Source: Lama guanicoe (Eukaryota). From it: DNA of 27,301 nt. This document shows, piece by piece, positions 9,510 to 21,434 of this stretch. Location of the stretch: NCBI GenBank assembly GCA_013239625.1, contig MU053559.1, forward strand, positions 3,784,607 through 3,811,907, read 5' to 3'. Every line of letters starts with the position of its first letter. The first letter of the stretch is position 1. A program made the position numbers and the translations under genes. The notes below the pieces were generated by a model. The model saw only the letters and a list, made by a program, of their open reading frames with translations. It ran no database searches and had not been told where the DNA came from.

Positions 9510-10974
9510 GTTCTTTAAATGAAAGTGGAACAGTCAAGACATATCTACTGTTGCCCTGCTCAAGAAGGATACTCCCAACTGTTCCTGTTCAGTTCCACCT
9601 TACCAGGGGCTAAGATTCTCCTTTCTTGCCTCCTATCCCCAACTTCTGATCAAGAGTGGGGTGGGGAAGGAGACTTACAAGGTTATCCTGAGGTTGTCAG
9701 TAGGCAAGGGAAGGGGGAGGATGGAATTCCTTTTACTCAGCAGTCTGGTTATTGTGACAGAAAATTCATTCCTCCCATTATTCACCCCTTGTTCTTCCAT
9801 TTGAGTCTCTACTTTGCCATCTCTTCACTTTGCCTAAACTCTGTCTCATTAACTCTCTGGGAGAGGGAAAACTGGCACACACATTTCTGAGACTCTTCAT
9901 TTGACACAAAAGTTAGAAGTTTCTTTGAATTTTTTTTTATGTATCTTTATTTCATCTTCAATGTGGACAGGAGGAGTGAAATTGGCCCTCAGCGTATCAG
10001 TGAGAGCAGAGAGGGCAGGGGAAATCATAGAACACAACCAGAATAATACTTTGAGATGCAGACCTATTGTGGGAAGGAACCACACTGAGTATCCTGGTGA
10101 TAACCAGTGATGGTATCATTGAGATATGACATATGTGGACCGAATTAAATTCTCAGAAGACTGTCTCACATACAAGAAGAAATAGAAATGTTGGTGGGTG
10201 AATTCCTTAATAAACAACAGGTGACAAGTTCAGCGTGAGGCACTGAATGTAGATCAATGAAGTAGGAACTACATAATCTCAACTGGTCAATGACTGAAGT
10301 TAAGTTTCTATACTCAGACCAAAAGAGCTGCTGGCCCCTTTAGAGAGGTTCTTCTGTGCAGTGACAGGATCAGAGAAAGGTAAGGCTTTCCAAGCACATC
10401 AACATCAGTTCTTTCCCAGACTTCTGGTCAGCAATGATATTGAATCAAGCTCTTTGGATAATTTTTTTAATGTGGTCTCTGGCTGTCTGCATCGATAGCC
10501 CCTGGAGGGTGTCTGACATTTATAAACGTGTTTACTCTTCCCTTCACCTAAATAGACAAGAGTCGGAGAACTCTCTGAGTCATGTAGCTCTAGGCAATTT
10601 GAAGTTCAGGCTCTTTAAATCATCCCTTTAACTTTCAATATTTCAGGACAGAATTTGAACAAGAAGAAAGATTAAAAAAAAAAAAAAGACAGGCAGTGCT
10701 CTCCTTTGAGGGGATAAACAATTAAGCTCAAATCAGCTTCACTTAAGAGATGCAGCTCCAGGCATCCCCACTGACTGGGACCAGGAGGGCAATGTAAAAT
10801 GGTAAGGTAAACAAACACTTATCTACACAATTGGATCAATCTGGAACTGGAAGGACAGGTAAACAAGACCTTCCTTAAAAGCATCATCTTAAGAGGAACT
10901 TGAATTATAAAACCAGATAACTGCTTTCAATTTCCTCAACTTGTTTTTGTATAAATACTGTTCAAAAAAACTGA

Positions 10975-11465
10975 GGGCAGGTGCTGGTTATTCTCCATTT
11001 CTCCCTTCACATTTTTCTACCTTTCTCTGCCCTGCTTTGACACCCATGAAATACACAGTCTGGCACCCCTGCCTTTTAGCTTCTGGTTGGGTTGGTCCAT
11101 GGGATGGGGGTTGCTGAGAGACTGAAGGGCAGGAGAGAAAGGTCAGGGTGTTTATTGCATTGCCATCAACATCTCTCCCCACCCCCACCCCCTACACATA
11201 TGAGGTCATGGCCATGGTTGCCTCCCTTTAACTCCCGTCCTGCTGTTTTTCACAGCTCCAGCTCTCAGCCTGGACCCCTTAACATCACTTCTTCCCCATA
11301 TCCAGTCAGATCAAGTAATGGCTCTCCACCATTGCTAGCCCCTGTGTGTCTCAGCATCCCTTGTTGGTTCCCTTAACGCAGCTCATACCTTTGTAAATAT
11401 CCCCTTCTTAACATGTCCATTCAAAAAATCCCAGCTGAATTTGTCTTGTGTTTCTGATCAGGAAT
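10975..11465 (+). mobile_element. ERVL solo LTR, LTR33-like
   Basis: gcttctggttgggttggtccatggga, aggtcagggtgtttatt and cccttgttggttcccttaac...acctttgtaaat motifs. Confidence 0.7.
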
Positions 11466-11541
11466 AATGGTCAACTGCATCAATATGACCCTTTGATAGG
11501 CAAGACTTCAGAGCTATGTTTACTTTCTATGTTCTATTTTT

Positions 11542-11730
11542 TTAATTGAAGTATAGTCAGTTTACAATGTTGTGTCCATTTCTGGTGTACAGCATAATGT
11601 TTCAGTCATACATGAACATGCATATATTCCTTTTCATATTCCTTTTCATTATAGGTTACTGCAAGATATTGAATATAGTTCCCTGTGCTATACAGTAGAG
11701 GCTTGTCTATCTATTACATATAGTAGTTAG
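11542..11730 (-). mobile_element. 5'-truncated L1 3' end (cetartiodactyl type) with TSD
   Basis: Highly similar to 7977-8169. TSD tatgttcta(t/g)tttt at 11528-11541 and 11731-11744 (1 mismatch). Confidence 0.88.
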
Positions 11731-12427
11731 TATGTTCTAGTTTTGAATGAATCTCTTAAAAATATTTCAAAAATGAGCTTGTAATCACAGTGTATATACA
11801 TGGTGACTATGCCATTTGAAATTTGCTGAGTTGGAAAGGAATGGAAAGTTTAAAAAGAGAAGGTGTGACCTGACAGCTGTTATCAGTTACCACGATCCTT
11901 TGCATGAGGGTGAAAGTTCTTTAGAACAGTTTGAATTGATAAGTGTGAGCATGAGTTAGCCTCATTATTTTCAGGTGCTTCACGTTCCAAATTAAAAACA
12001 AATTGGAGCTGACAGCTCTTGCTACAAGTACAGAGCACCTGTGTCTGTGGAAATCCTTCCAGTTTACATCTGTGATATATTAAGATAAGTTTTTTAAAAA
12101 TTTCCTGAGGGAACTAAAATCTGAAATCATGATTATTATAATAAAATTCTTTAAAAAGATGAGAATCACATAGGGATATCAGAGACAGGTGAAGCCAAGA
12201 GAGTTATGGATAAAAAGTCATAAACAGATACAATGCAAATAGCAGAATTTCCAGACACTGCTCAGACTCCCGACCACTTCTCTATGATTTGAAAAGGGGA
12301 GGGGTCTGGAAAGCCTTGAATATTTCTCTGCACATGCAGTTTGGTATATAATGCGGATTTTTCTCAGAACACACTAGCAGACTCAGGGCGGGGGGTGGGG
12401 TACAATAAGGCCACAGATTTTTAGAAT

Positions 12428-12890
12428 AGGGGTTCTTAATTGAGGGTCTACTAATAGGATTCAGGGGATCTGTAATCTTGAAAAGGGAAAATCTTACATC
12501 TTTACTTTCACTAACCTCCAACTGAAATTAGCATTTCTTTCCATTATCAATGTAGGTAGCAAACCATAGTGGTATTAGCAGCGCCTGTGACTTTGTCACC
12601 AACAGGAATCACAAGTATTGTTATATCATATAGTAGTTCTTGCAGCTATCTTGAAAATCCTTTATATTCATTTTAATACTTCAAAATTAGTCACAAAACC
12701 CACTGCTAGACCTTGCTATTTAATGCACTAATAAAGAATCACACATATTATTATATTAGAAAATTTTTAATACTTTGACAACTGTGTTTTGATGTAATTG
12801 GTTTCCTTTGTAATCTTAGATCTCTTACTTTATTAATTTAGAAACATTATTACCTAGACTGCCAAAAAGGCCCATGGCACAAAAACCTCT
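12428..12890. mobile_element. hAT-Charlie non-autonomous DNA transposon (Charlie4a-like)
   Basis: taggggttcttaa start; ttcactaacctccaactgaaattagcatttc; cctgtgactttgtcaccaa; agactgccaaaaaggcccatggcacaaaaa end. Confidence 0.7.
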
Positions 12891-13122
12891 AAAATCATCA
12901 GCCCTAGTCAACCAGCTCTAACTTAGAAATCTTTAAAAGTTTTCTAGTCTCTATTGATGTTTAGATCCCAATGACCACTTCAGTCATTAACTTTTGAATG
13001 ATCAGAACAGATGTTTGACTTCTTTTGAGTCTAGGAGGGAGTAACATCCATAGATAATGTTCCCAGGAATACTGTCCCTAGGATCAGAGAAATCCATTCT
13101 CTATTACTTTGCCTGTTACCAT

Positions 13123-13672
13123 TGAAGAGAAACAGAACATGCCACAACAAAATGTCACTTTGGCATAAAGATTATTTTGAACTGGAGGCAAATGAGAATC
13201 AACAGAAGCAAAATGAAGCCTTCCAGAGCTTTCCTTATCTAAATGAAAGCAGACACTTCTGAGAAATGAGGACTATCATAAGTCCCCTCTCCCAGGCAAG
13301 TTTTATGGCCATGAAGAAGATGGAAAGTCAGTACTGAAGTAGACTTACACAAATAACCCTTCCCTTCCATTAGTTTCTGCCCTTTATTTACCTTCCTACA
13401 TTTGCTACCCTTGGAAGCCTAAAACCCTTTTTGTCTTATTGAATCTCTGCAAATCTATTCTTCTGTTGTCAAGATACTATATAAGCCCAAGTCCTAACCA
13501 TTCCTTTGAGTTACTCATCACTGAGTGCTCCCATGTGTATGCATGATGCACATTTTAATAAACTTCTGCTTGTTTTTTTCCTTGTTAATCTGTCTTTCAT
13601 TAGTCTAATTTATAGGGCTCCATCTGAAGAATCCAAGATGGGAGAGGAAAAAGAGTCTTTTCCTCCCCTACA
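13123..13672 (+). mobile_element. ERV1 solo LTR, MER34-like
   Basis: TG...CA termini (tgaagagaaacagaacatgcc...cctcccctaca); 4-bp TSD ccat (13119-13122 and 13673-13676); TATA-like tatataa near 13478; AATAAA at 13557-13562. Confidence 0.88.
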
Positions 13673-13935
13673 CCATTTTGGAAACCTCACTTGCCCACAA
13701 TTGAGGAGCAAAGGACAAAGCTGCCAAGTTTAATAGGTCAAAGTCATGGTTTGCTTATAAATACCTGCTGTCTAAGCAGAAACAGCAAACAGCCCTTTGA
13801 ACACTTAGGCTAAAATATTTTCTGCCCAATTATCTTTGGACTATATGGAGTCATCACTGCAGGCAAGTTTCTAGTTGTTCCAACAGGACTGCTTCCACTG
13901 TCTGCATTTGGTTGCAATGGCTGTCTGCATTTCAT

Positions 13936-14320
13936 ACCAGGAAATATACTTGCATAGGTTGGTACATGCTCACCATCATCACTGAAGTTGATAGTCCATA
14001 TAAACCTTTAGCAAGCATCCTTGACTTATATTCATATCACTATTGAAATGCTAGTACTTCAATTTTAATAATATTGTTATTTGGTAAAATCCAAGCAAGG
14101 TTGGTGGTCTAGTTAATTGTATTGCTGATGTCAATTTCCTGTTTGGCCCCGTACTCTCCTGCCCCACTTCCCAGCCTCCTACACATACATTCTAGGTACC
14201 AGCAAGAGCAGCACAATGTCTTATAATGCCACACCTTTATCTGTGCTGCATCCTGGGCTTCATTCTCCCTCTTTATGAATTTCTGCCTGGATGATGTCTA
14301 TTTGTTCTTCTAGGCTAAAT
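13936..14320 (+). repeat. Copy B of the ~400-bp dispersed duplication
   Basis: Collinear, gapped match to 7027-7441. Confidence 0.9.
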
Positions 14321-15469
14321 TAATCATTATCTTCTTATGAAGCTGTTATCTATTAGTAAATGTTGTGGAGTCCCAGTTGTTTCAAAGGTCTGCCTTTCTA
14401 GGCAGCCCAATATCCTTTCTTTCCCCCTCCCCTCAAATAATCAAACTTAGGGTTTTTCTTCCCTTCGCTCATCTCTTTTTGTGTTCTTTGTCTTTTCCCT
14501 CATCTTCTTGCCTGTTTCATACTTGTGTTACCCCCACGCTCGCCACTGTCCATATCAGAACGTTTAGATGCGAACCTATTCTCTCTGTTTACATGAAAGC
14601 CATCAAAAACAAGATCCAAAGCCCATTCTCATCTTGTTTTCTCAAAGTCATTCGCCGAAAGGATCCAGAGAAGATTTAGGGTGAAACAGCAGTTCCAAAG
14701 CAGCCTCAGAGGGAAGATATATTCAGTAGTATTAATCCTTTGCTTTGAGAAAGAAGACAGATCCAATATTCCTAAACTGTTTAGGATATCTGCTTCCGTG
14801 GCTGGCACATCAAATCAGGGACAGCAGACCCCCAGGCTTCTGGCCTTTCTTTGCTATGACTCTCTCTCATTCTTTCTTTCTTTCTACTTGGCTCTTACCT
14901 AAGTGAAATGTAAAATCGTTCAATTGCATTTGTTTTAATAATAATGGATGCTTGGGGAAACTGGCCATGGGTGGAGTTTTACTAAAAGAGATTCTACAGG
15001 ATGCTGTGTGTCCTCACAGGCACTTCTTAAACTGCCTTTCCTTGCCTACTTAATAGGCTGCAATTTGTGAGGCGAGTGCCTGCTGTGTATTCCAGGCTCC
15101 TTTAAAATTTCTACATCCCTCTCTCTTGGATGGAGGAATTGAGATTATATTTGAGCCAGGATTTTATTTGCTCAGTCTTCCACTTGGCTCTCACCAAATC
15201 TTTGAGGGTGAGATTGTGTTACTGTGGATATTTTAATAGAATACCTATCTCTCGCAGGGGTATTATTACATAGCTGATAACCTGGTCAATAGAAAGTCAC
15301 TAAGTAATTAATTGTCCCTTCCACAGGATTCTTCCACCTCTACGGCTAGTCCTTATGTAGCTTCCCAAGCAATTCTTTAAAAAACAGGATGTGTAAATTT
15401 TATATCCCTTCTTAAAGAAATTCAGTCATCATATATTATTTTTTACAAACTTTGTTCTGTTGAATATTA

Positions 15470-16172
15470 TTCCTTCTATCTTATTTATATTTATTTTTAA
15501 GGGCTTTATTGACGTATAATTGACATAAAACAAACTGCACATATCTGAAGAGTATAATTTCATACATTTTACTGTATATCTATATATACAACTGAAACTG
15601 TCACTACACTTAAGAAAATGAACATGTCCATCAGCCCCCAAAGATTGAGCTACTTTTTCATCCTTCTCTCCTACCCCTGCCTACTACTAACACCCAGGCA
15701 GCCACTGATCTGCTTTCTGTTACTGTAGATTAGTTTGCCTTTTCTAGAATGTTGTATACATGGACTCAAAACAGAACATTTTGGCTTCATTCAGCATATG
15801 ATTTTGAAATTCATCCATGTTGTTATGTGTACCAACAGTTCATTCTTTATTGCTGATGTGTGGTATATGTAGATAATGGACGATCGTAGATATACCACAA
15901 TTTCTTAATCTGCTCACTTCATGATGGACATTTGGGTTAATGCCAGTTTTTGATTATTCCAAATGAAGCTGCTATGAATATTTACATGCAGGTTTTTGTA
16001 TAGACTTATGCTTTCATTTCTCTTGGATAATACCTTCAAGTGGAATGGCTGGATCATACAGCAGGAGTATGTTTAAACTTTTAAGAAGCTGCCAAACTGT
16101 TTTAAGAGGTTGTACTATTTTACATCCCTACCAACAACATATGAGTTCCAGTTCCTCCATATCTTTGCTATA
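15470..16172 (-). mobile_element. 5'-truncated L1MB-like element with TSD
   Basis: gctttattgacgtataattgacataaaacaaactgcacatat 3' terminus. Exact 15-bp TSD ttctgttgaatatta at 15455-15469 and 16173-16187. Confidence 0.88.
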
Positions 16173-17399
16173 TTCTGTTGAATATTAAGAGTGTTATCTT
16201 GACAACATGGACTTGCTCTAATTGCACTTAAGGAAGGTTTTTTTTGTTTGTTTTTCTTTTTGGTATAGGAGTGCCTGTAAATCTATGGTTGACATAAATA
16301 ATCATATTATTAGAACAAATGTTACCTGGTTTTAAAATTCAGGTTCCTATTACCTTCTTATAGAAAAACATATCCCACTGAGAAGAAATAAGGCAATAAA
16401 TTCGAGTATATAATATAAGAGAACAATTGACCTCATATTTCAATAGCCAAGGTACTTTAACACATATTAGGAATAGTTTTTGCAAATTTATATGACAAAA
16501 AGATAGATAATACATTTCTCATCACATTTGTTTTTGGTTTGAAATGTAAAATTAAACATTCAGAGTGTTCGATGATGAACGCATTTTGGGGGGAATATGA
16601 AAGTGATTTTCCAAGTACTGCTCTGGTAAAGGAAGAGATTTTTATATGTATCAAACTCATCCAGGGCAATGAGGCTAAGGAAGTAAGTTGCAGATCAAGC
16701 TATCTGATTAGCATTTTTCCCCTCAAGAATTATTGTTTGAAAAATGCAGAGAAATGCAGTAGAAGCTCATCTGTGTTTCTAGTACCTCACTGTAGATTTT
16801 ACACTAGAACATTTGTACGAAACATAAAGCCATTACCTTCACTTCTGGCTGTACACCACTGAAATAACATGGGAATTAACTGGTTAATGATGAAGCAGCT
16901 TTTCCCGCCAGAGCTAACACCAGCAGGATGAAGTCTCCCAGCCAGAAAGTCTTTGGGCTTTAACTGTTGAGGGCTTTAAGGGTTGAGAGTCACCATGAGG
17001 CAAAATCCCTTTGGTAGTTCAGTAAATAAAGTCTTTTTACTGCGTTTGTTACAGAAAATAGAGTTAGGCAATGATTCAGGGCTTTGGACTATTTAAAAAC
17101 CCTAAAATTCTTGAAAGTCATCCCATCATGGGACAATGTTTTAACCTCCTACTGCATTGTGTTCCAATCAAAGTTTCAACGAGCCATTCTGTCCAATTGC
17201 TAGAGACAACTGATGTGAATGAAGCACGTCCAACACAATAGGGACCACCTTAAAATTAAGCAAAACTGAGAGAGATAATATATTTTCAGTATAAAATTGT
17301 TGAGAGGAATAATACTTTAAGTGTAGGATATAATTGTTTCAAAACAGTGTCAGCTGGAAGAAAAATTTTCCGTTCAACAATAGAGAGGAAATACAGAAT

Positions 17400-18060
17400 A
17401 TATGTATCTTTTTTCTTTCACTTAGCATTAAGTTATGAGCATTTCCCCAATTTTTATGAACTCGTTGTGCCACTTTTTTATTGAAGTATAGTCAGTTTAC
17501 AATATTGTGTTAATGTGATGACTTTTTGTGTTTGCATAATAGCCCATCAAATGCATATATAGTCTTATTTAATGTCTCACATTTATTTGTTTTCATGTTT
17601 TTGCAAATTGAATTAATGCTGTGATGGAAAAAATATGTAGAACAAAGCTTTCCCCATATTTGGAACTGTTTCTTGAAAATAGATTCCAAGAAATGGAATT
17701 ACTTTAACAAAGGATATTAATCTCTCAGTTTTAATATCAAACATTAAAGCACTTCCCAAAAAGTCGGTGCCAACTTGCACCCTACTGGCAGAAAGAAGGT
17801 GTTTCATGAAACCTTACCAGAGTTAGACATTTTATAATTTTTTAATGTATGCTAATTTAATAGGGAAAATATTCCTTTGTTTTAATTGCATTTTTAATTG
17901 CTAAAGATTGTTCTTAATATTTGCTTGCATTTGCGTTACCTACTCATATGATTAAACATTTATATCTTTTGAAGTATCCATGCTTTTATTTACTGATGTA
18001 GATGAGCTTCTTAGACATTAAAAATATCAACTCTTGGTCTATCTACACACAATTTACTAC
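17400..18060 (-). mobile_element. Ancient L1ME-like fragment containing a ~40-bp younger L1 3' tip (17474-17515)
   Basis: tttcacttagcatt, aaatagattccaagaaatggaattact and gttttaattgcattt motifs; nested ttttttattgaagtatagtcagtttacaat. Confidence 0.6.
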
Positions 18061-18249
18061 AAATGAAAACCTCAGCACTTGTGCCTGGGTCTCCAGGTCA
18101 AAAATAGCCCCAGGCTGAAACATCCCTACAACTAAGTTTCACCTGAATCTTTTCTTTAATCGCGGTTTTGTTACCTTCCGAGTCAGTCCCCAACAAGAGT
18201 CCTTCTGCTGGATGTCATTCGAACTAGTAGACTGAGTTCGGTTCAGAAG

Positions 18250-18477
18250 CACAAGGAAGTTTTACTGTTCGATGAAAGGATGCAGAGGGCGGGAGTTCCA
18301 GCTCTAGAGTTTGGGCTCTCCCCACAGGCTGTGGGCGGGGCTCCTGTAGGGGGATCTAGTGTGGGGGGAGGGCGGTGAAGGGACGGGGGTTCTCCTTGGT
18401 GTGCGCAGGCGCAGGTGGGGGGGGCCTCCTCGGTATGCGCAGGCGCAGTGCCCGGTCTCTGCACACCGCCCGCTAAA
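18250..18477 (+). promoter_or_regulatory. CpG-island promoter with GC boxes and two NRF1-type sites
   Basis: TGCGCAGGCGCA at 18402-18413 and 18436-18447; GC boxes at 18287, 18333 and 18370; ETS-like aggaagt 18254-18260. Confidence 0.85.
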
Positions 18478-18624
18478 GCCGCCGCCGCGGCCGCCGCCGC
18501 GGCCGCTGCCGCTGCCACCATCTTGAATTGAGGTGTCACCACAGCCGCTCGCCCTAGGAACTCCCGTCTGAAGTACCCGGTACAAGGCCTCTGTACGCGG
18601 CTAAGCACAAAAGAAGAGAAAAAG
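18450..18624 (+). other. Probable non-coding first exon of a + strand gene or lncRNA
   Basis: GC-rich segment right of the promoter elements with no + strand ATG; YY1-like CACCATCTT (18516-18524); candidate donor AAG|GTTAGA at 18624/18625, followed by T-rich intron-like sequence. TSS position is a guess. Confidence 0.55.
18478..18516 (+). repeat. Interrupted GCN trinucleotide tract (13 units)
   Basis: gcc gcc gcc gcg gcc gcc gcc gcg gcc gct gcc gct gcc. Confidence 0.9.
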
Positions 18625-19579
18625 GTTAGACTTTATTTTATTACTCAGTTTCTATTTGTATTCCCCGGGAATTGTTAGTGGGCATGGCTGGTGACAGTTT
18701 CGTCGAGATCTCCTTTCCAAGTGTTTCCATTTACGTACTTCTGAAACAATATTCTAAGGAAGCTATTTTCGTCTGCGTTCGTATTTTAGCTATTTGCGTT
18801 CTTGGCCTTTCTGTTTCCCACACTTGTAATACCTTTTATATGTTATAAGGGTTTGTTTGAGGTCAAGTTCCCTATTCCCAGAAAGCTGACTGTGAGCCAG
18901 AGCTTAGCGTATAGCTTATTATATGGGAAGTAAATTCAGCATCATTCTCAGCATCAGCGTCTGTGGAGAAGTGAAAGGAAGCAGGACCTGCTGTGGGTGA
19001 ACTGCTGCAGACACAGCAAAGGTCCCTTCTTTTCCTCTGAGATCCCACATTCTCACTCACTCTGGACCCGGTAGCCCTTGCTTTAGTCATAAATCAGTCT
19101 TGAACTTGGATATTAAAGGAGTGGCTATCCAGGCATTGGCTTAAATGCTTCTCAGCTTTGAGGTGAAATTTCTAGGCCCCAACAGAGGATAGTCATTTTG
19201 CAGGGTTGTTTCTGTTTATATATATTACTATGTACAACCAGGGAACAGATGTACAGAGGTCCCTAGAAATAAAAGATGGCTGTATTCAGAGCCAGCTATA
19301 TCTATATTAAGACTGGGTAAATGCCTAATAAAGAATCATAGTTTCATTGCTCAAAAGAATGCCAAGTGCCACTCAAAGCAGATAAGGAGGAGTCATGGGA
19401 GACGTTAAGGGGAGTCTTGAAGATTGGAGCCACTCATGGAACATCTTATCCCACCCTTCTCCCTGGGATGGTGCAACCCCATTGGCTCTGCTTCTTCTCA
19501 TCCAGATTGCCATGCACTCATACAGAGTTTATATGGACCGTGTAAAGGACCACGTGGACCGTAGTAAGAAGCATACTGT

Positions 19580-19720
19580 ACTGCTCCTGGAGTCAGAGGA
19601 ACTTGACTCTAGGCTTTCTCCATGTGCAACTATAAAGAAATTGAGTAATTTCCCTGAGCCTCGGTGTTCTCTTCTGTAAGATGGGAGCAGTAGTCCTGGC
19701 CTGGTTGTTTTAATGGCATT
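19580..19720 (+). mobile_element. MIR SINE fragment
   Basis: ctggagtcagagg and the core tccctgagcctcggtgttctcttctgtaagatggg. Confidence 0.7.
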
Positions 19721-19977
19721 AAAATATTAATACTTTATTTCATGAGCATCATAGAAGGTGTTCTGTGCAAGTCAGTTTTTTCAGATCGATAGACCTGACT
19801 AGGTGGCATAATGTTAACTATTTTTAGTGGAAATCTTTAAAAACTACCATTATACACTTGACATTTTTGAAAATAGTTCACAGTAAACATAATCTTTTGC
19901 TGACTCTGGCCACCATTATGAACATCAGTTATCATATCATGACGTCATATGGTCCATATAAACTATGTTTTTCCTCA

Positions 19978-20125
19978 GTTTTTTTTATTGAAACACAGTA
20001 TACATCCAGAAAAGTGCACACACAGAACACAACTGGGAAATCAGCACTCAAATAGAGAAAACTTGCACCCCTCTGAGAGAAACCATCACTCTGACTTCTA
20101 CCAGCACAGATTAGTTTTACCTTAA
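19978..20125 (-). mobile_element. Old L1 3'-end fragment
   Basis: ttttttattgaaacacagtatacatccagaaaagtgcaca...aaccatcactctgacttctaccagcacagattagtttt. Confidence 0.6.
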
Positions 20126-20875
20126 ACACTGTCTAATTGAATTATATTTCTTTAACAAGGAGAATTTATCACCTCTTCTTATATGTTCACAACTTTTATG
20201 TTATGTGTAACTCAGTATACTTTCATTCTGTCTCGTTTAATTGGTTAGCTGTTTTTGATCAGTTCACTTATTCAAGCTACATTTCTGAATATGTGCTATA
20301 TGTCAGGCAGCGTTCTAGGAATTGGGGACAAGACACACATAGTCCCTGCCTTCGTGGTATTTACATTCCAGTGGGGAATACAAACAGAAAAAAAAACACA
20401 TAAAATTAATACAGATTGTCTTTACTGTTATGATGGGAATCATTAAAGTGCTATGACAGGGAATAAAGTCAAATACCTTTGGTGAAATTGTCAAAGAAGG
20501 TCTTTTTCAGGAGTGACATCTAAGTTGAGTAAGAGCCAGAAATGCAAAAAGCCAGGGGCAGAGAAACAGCACGTTCAAAGCCTGTGAGTTGATGAAGAGT
20601 TTAGCATATTCTAGGAACTAAGATGGGGCCCATGTGGAGGAGGTGTTTTGAATGAGGGAAGTATGTTAAGGATGAATTTGGAAAGGTGTACAGGAGAACA
20701 TTCATGTAGGGTCTTTCAGGGCATGATGGGGATTTTGGATTTTATTTTCTGAGCAATTGGAAGCCATTGGAAGGTTTTACGTAGTTGAGTATATTGATCT
20801 GATCTATGTTCCAGCTGCTGTGAGGAGAATGGATGAAAGGGGATAAGAGGGGATACAGGGAGGAGACAAGTTAGG

Positions 20876-21266
20876 TGTTAAAGACTAGACAACAGGCTCA
20901 AAATGGAGTTGCTTATGCTAAGCCCCAGGTCACCAAACCGAGACTTAATTACAATTTCGGCACTTCCAGAACTGGAATCTTAAACCAGCCAATCAGGAAT
21001 CACCTGATTAGCACTAGTCAGGTAACCTGCCTGATAAGCCCCTGCCATCCTCTAAAGGAAAGTAATCTTGGAGTAATCAATCTGCTTTTTTGCTGAGTCC
21101 AACTTCCTGGTTTCTGCTTCCTTCCTCCCATAAAATCTCTTGCCTTGTATAGCTCCTCCGAGCTTTTTTCTATCCTGGTAGATTGGATGCTGCCCAATTC
21201 ATGAATCACTGAATGAAGCTAATAAGATCTTTAAAATTTACTCAGTTGCATTTTTATTCTTTAACA
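20876..21266 (+). mobile_element. ERV1 solo LTR, MER41/MER57-like
   Basis: TGTTAA...TTAACA termini, CCAAT box (agccaatcag) and attcatgaatc motif; same family as 8694-9062. TSD poorly preserved (tagg/gagc). Confidence 0.82.
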
Positions 21267-21410
21267 GAGCACATTTTCACCTAGCAGTAGTATAGACGAA
21301 AAGAGCTAGTGATTTGAATCAAGGTTGAGGCAGTAGAGATGGAAATAGCAGTCAAATTCCAGACCTGTTTTGAAAATAGGATTGACAGGGCTACCCAGTG
21401 AGTTGGATAG

Positions 21411-21434
21411 TGTGTGTGTGTGTGTGTGTGTGTG
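21411..21434. repeat. (TG)12 microsatellite
   Basis: Direct reading. Confidence 0.97.

Noticed and set aside
11470..12215. Faint resemblance to Mononegavirales L polymerase motifs (GMESLK..., QVKPRELWIKS)
   Set aside because: Needs several ad hoc frameshifts, the GDNQ motif is absent, and the motif spacing does not fit. Not supportable without a profile search.
19939..19948. Isolated CRE palindrome atgacgtcat
   Set aside because: A single motif in AT-rich DNA with no supporting cluster; compatible with chance.
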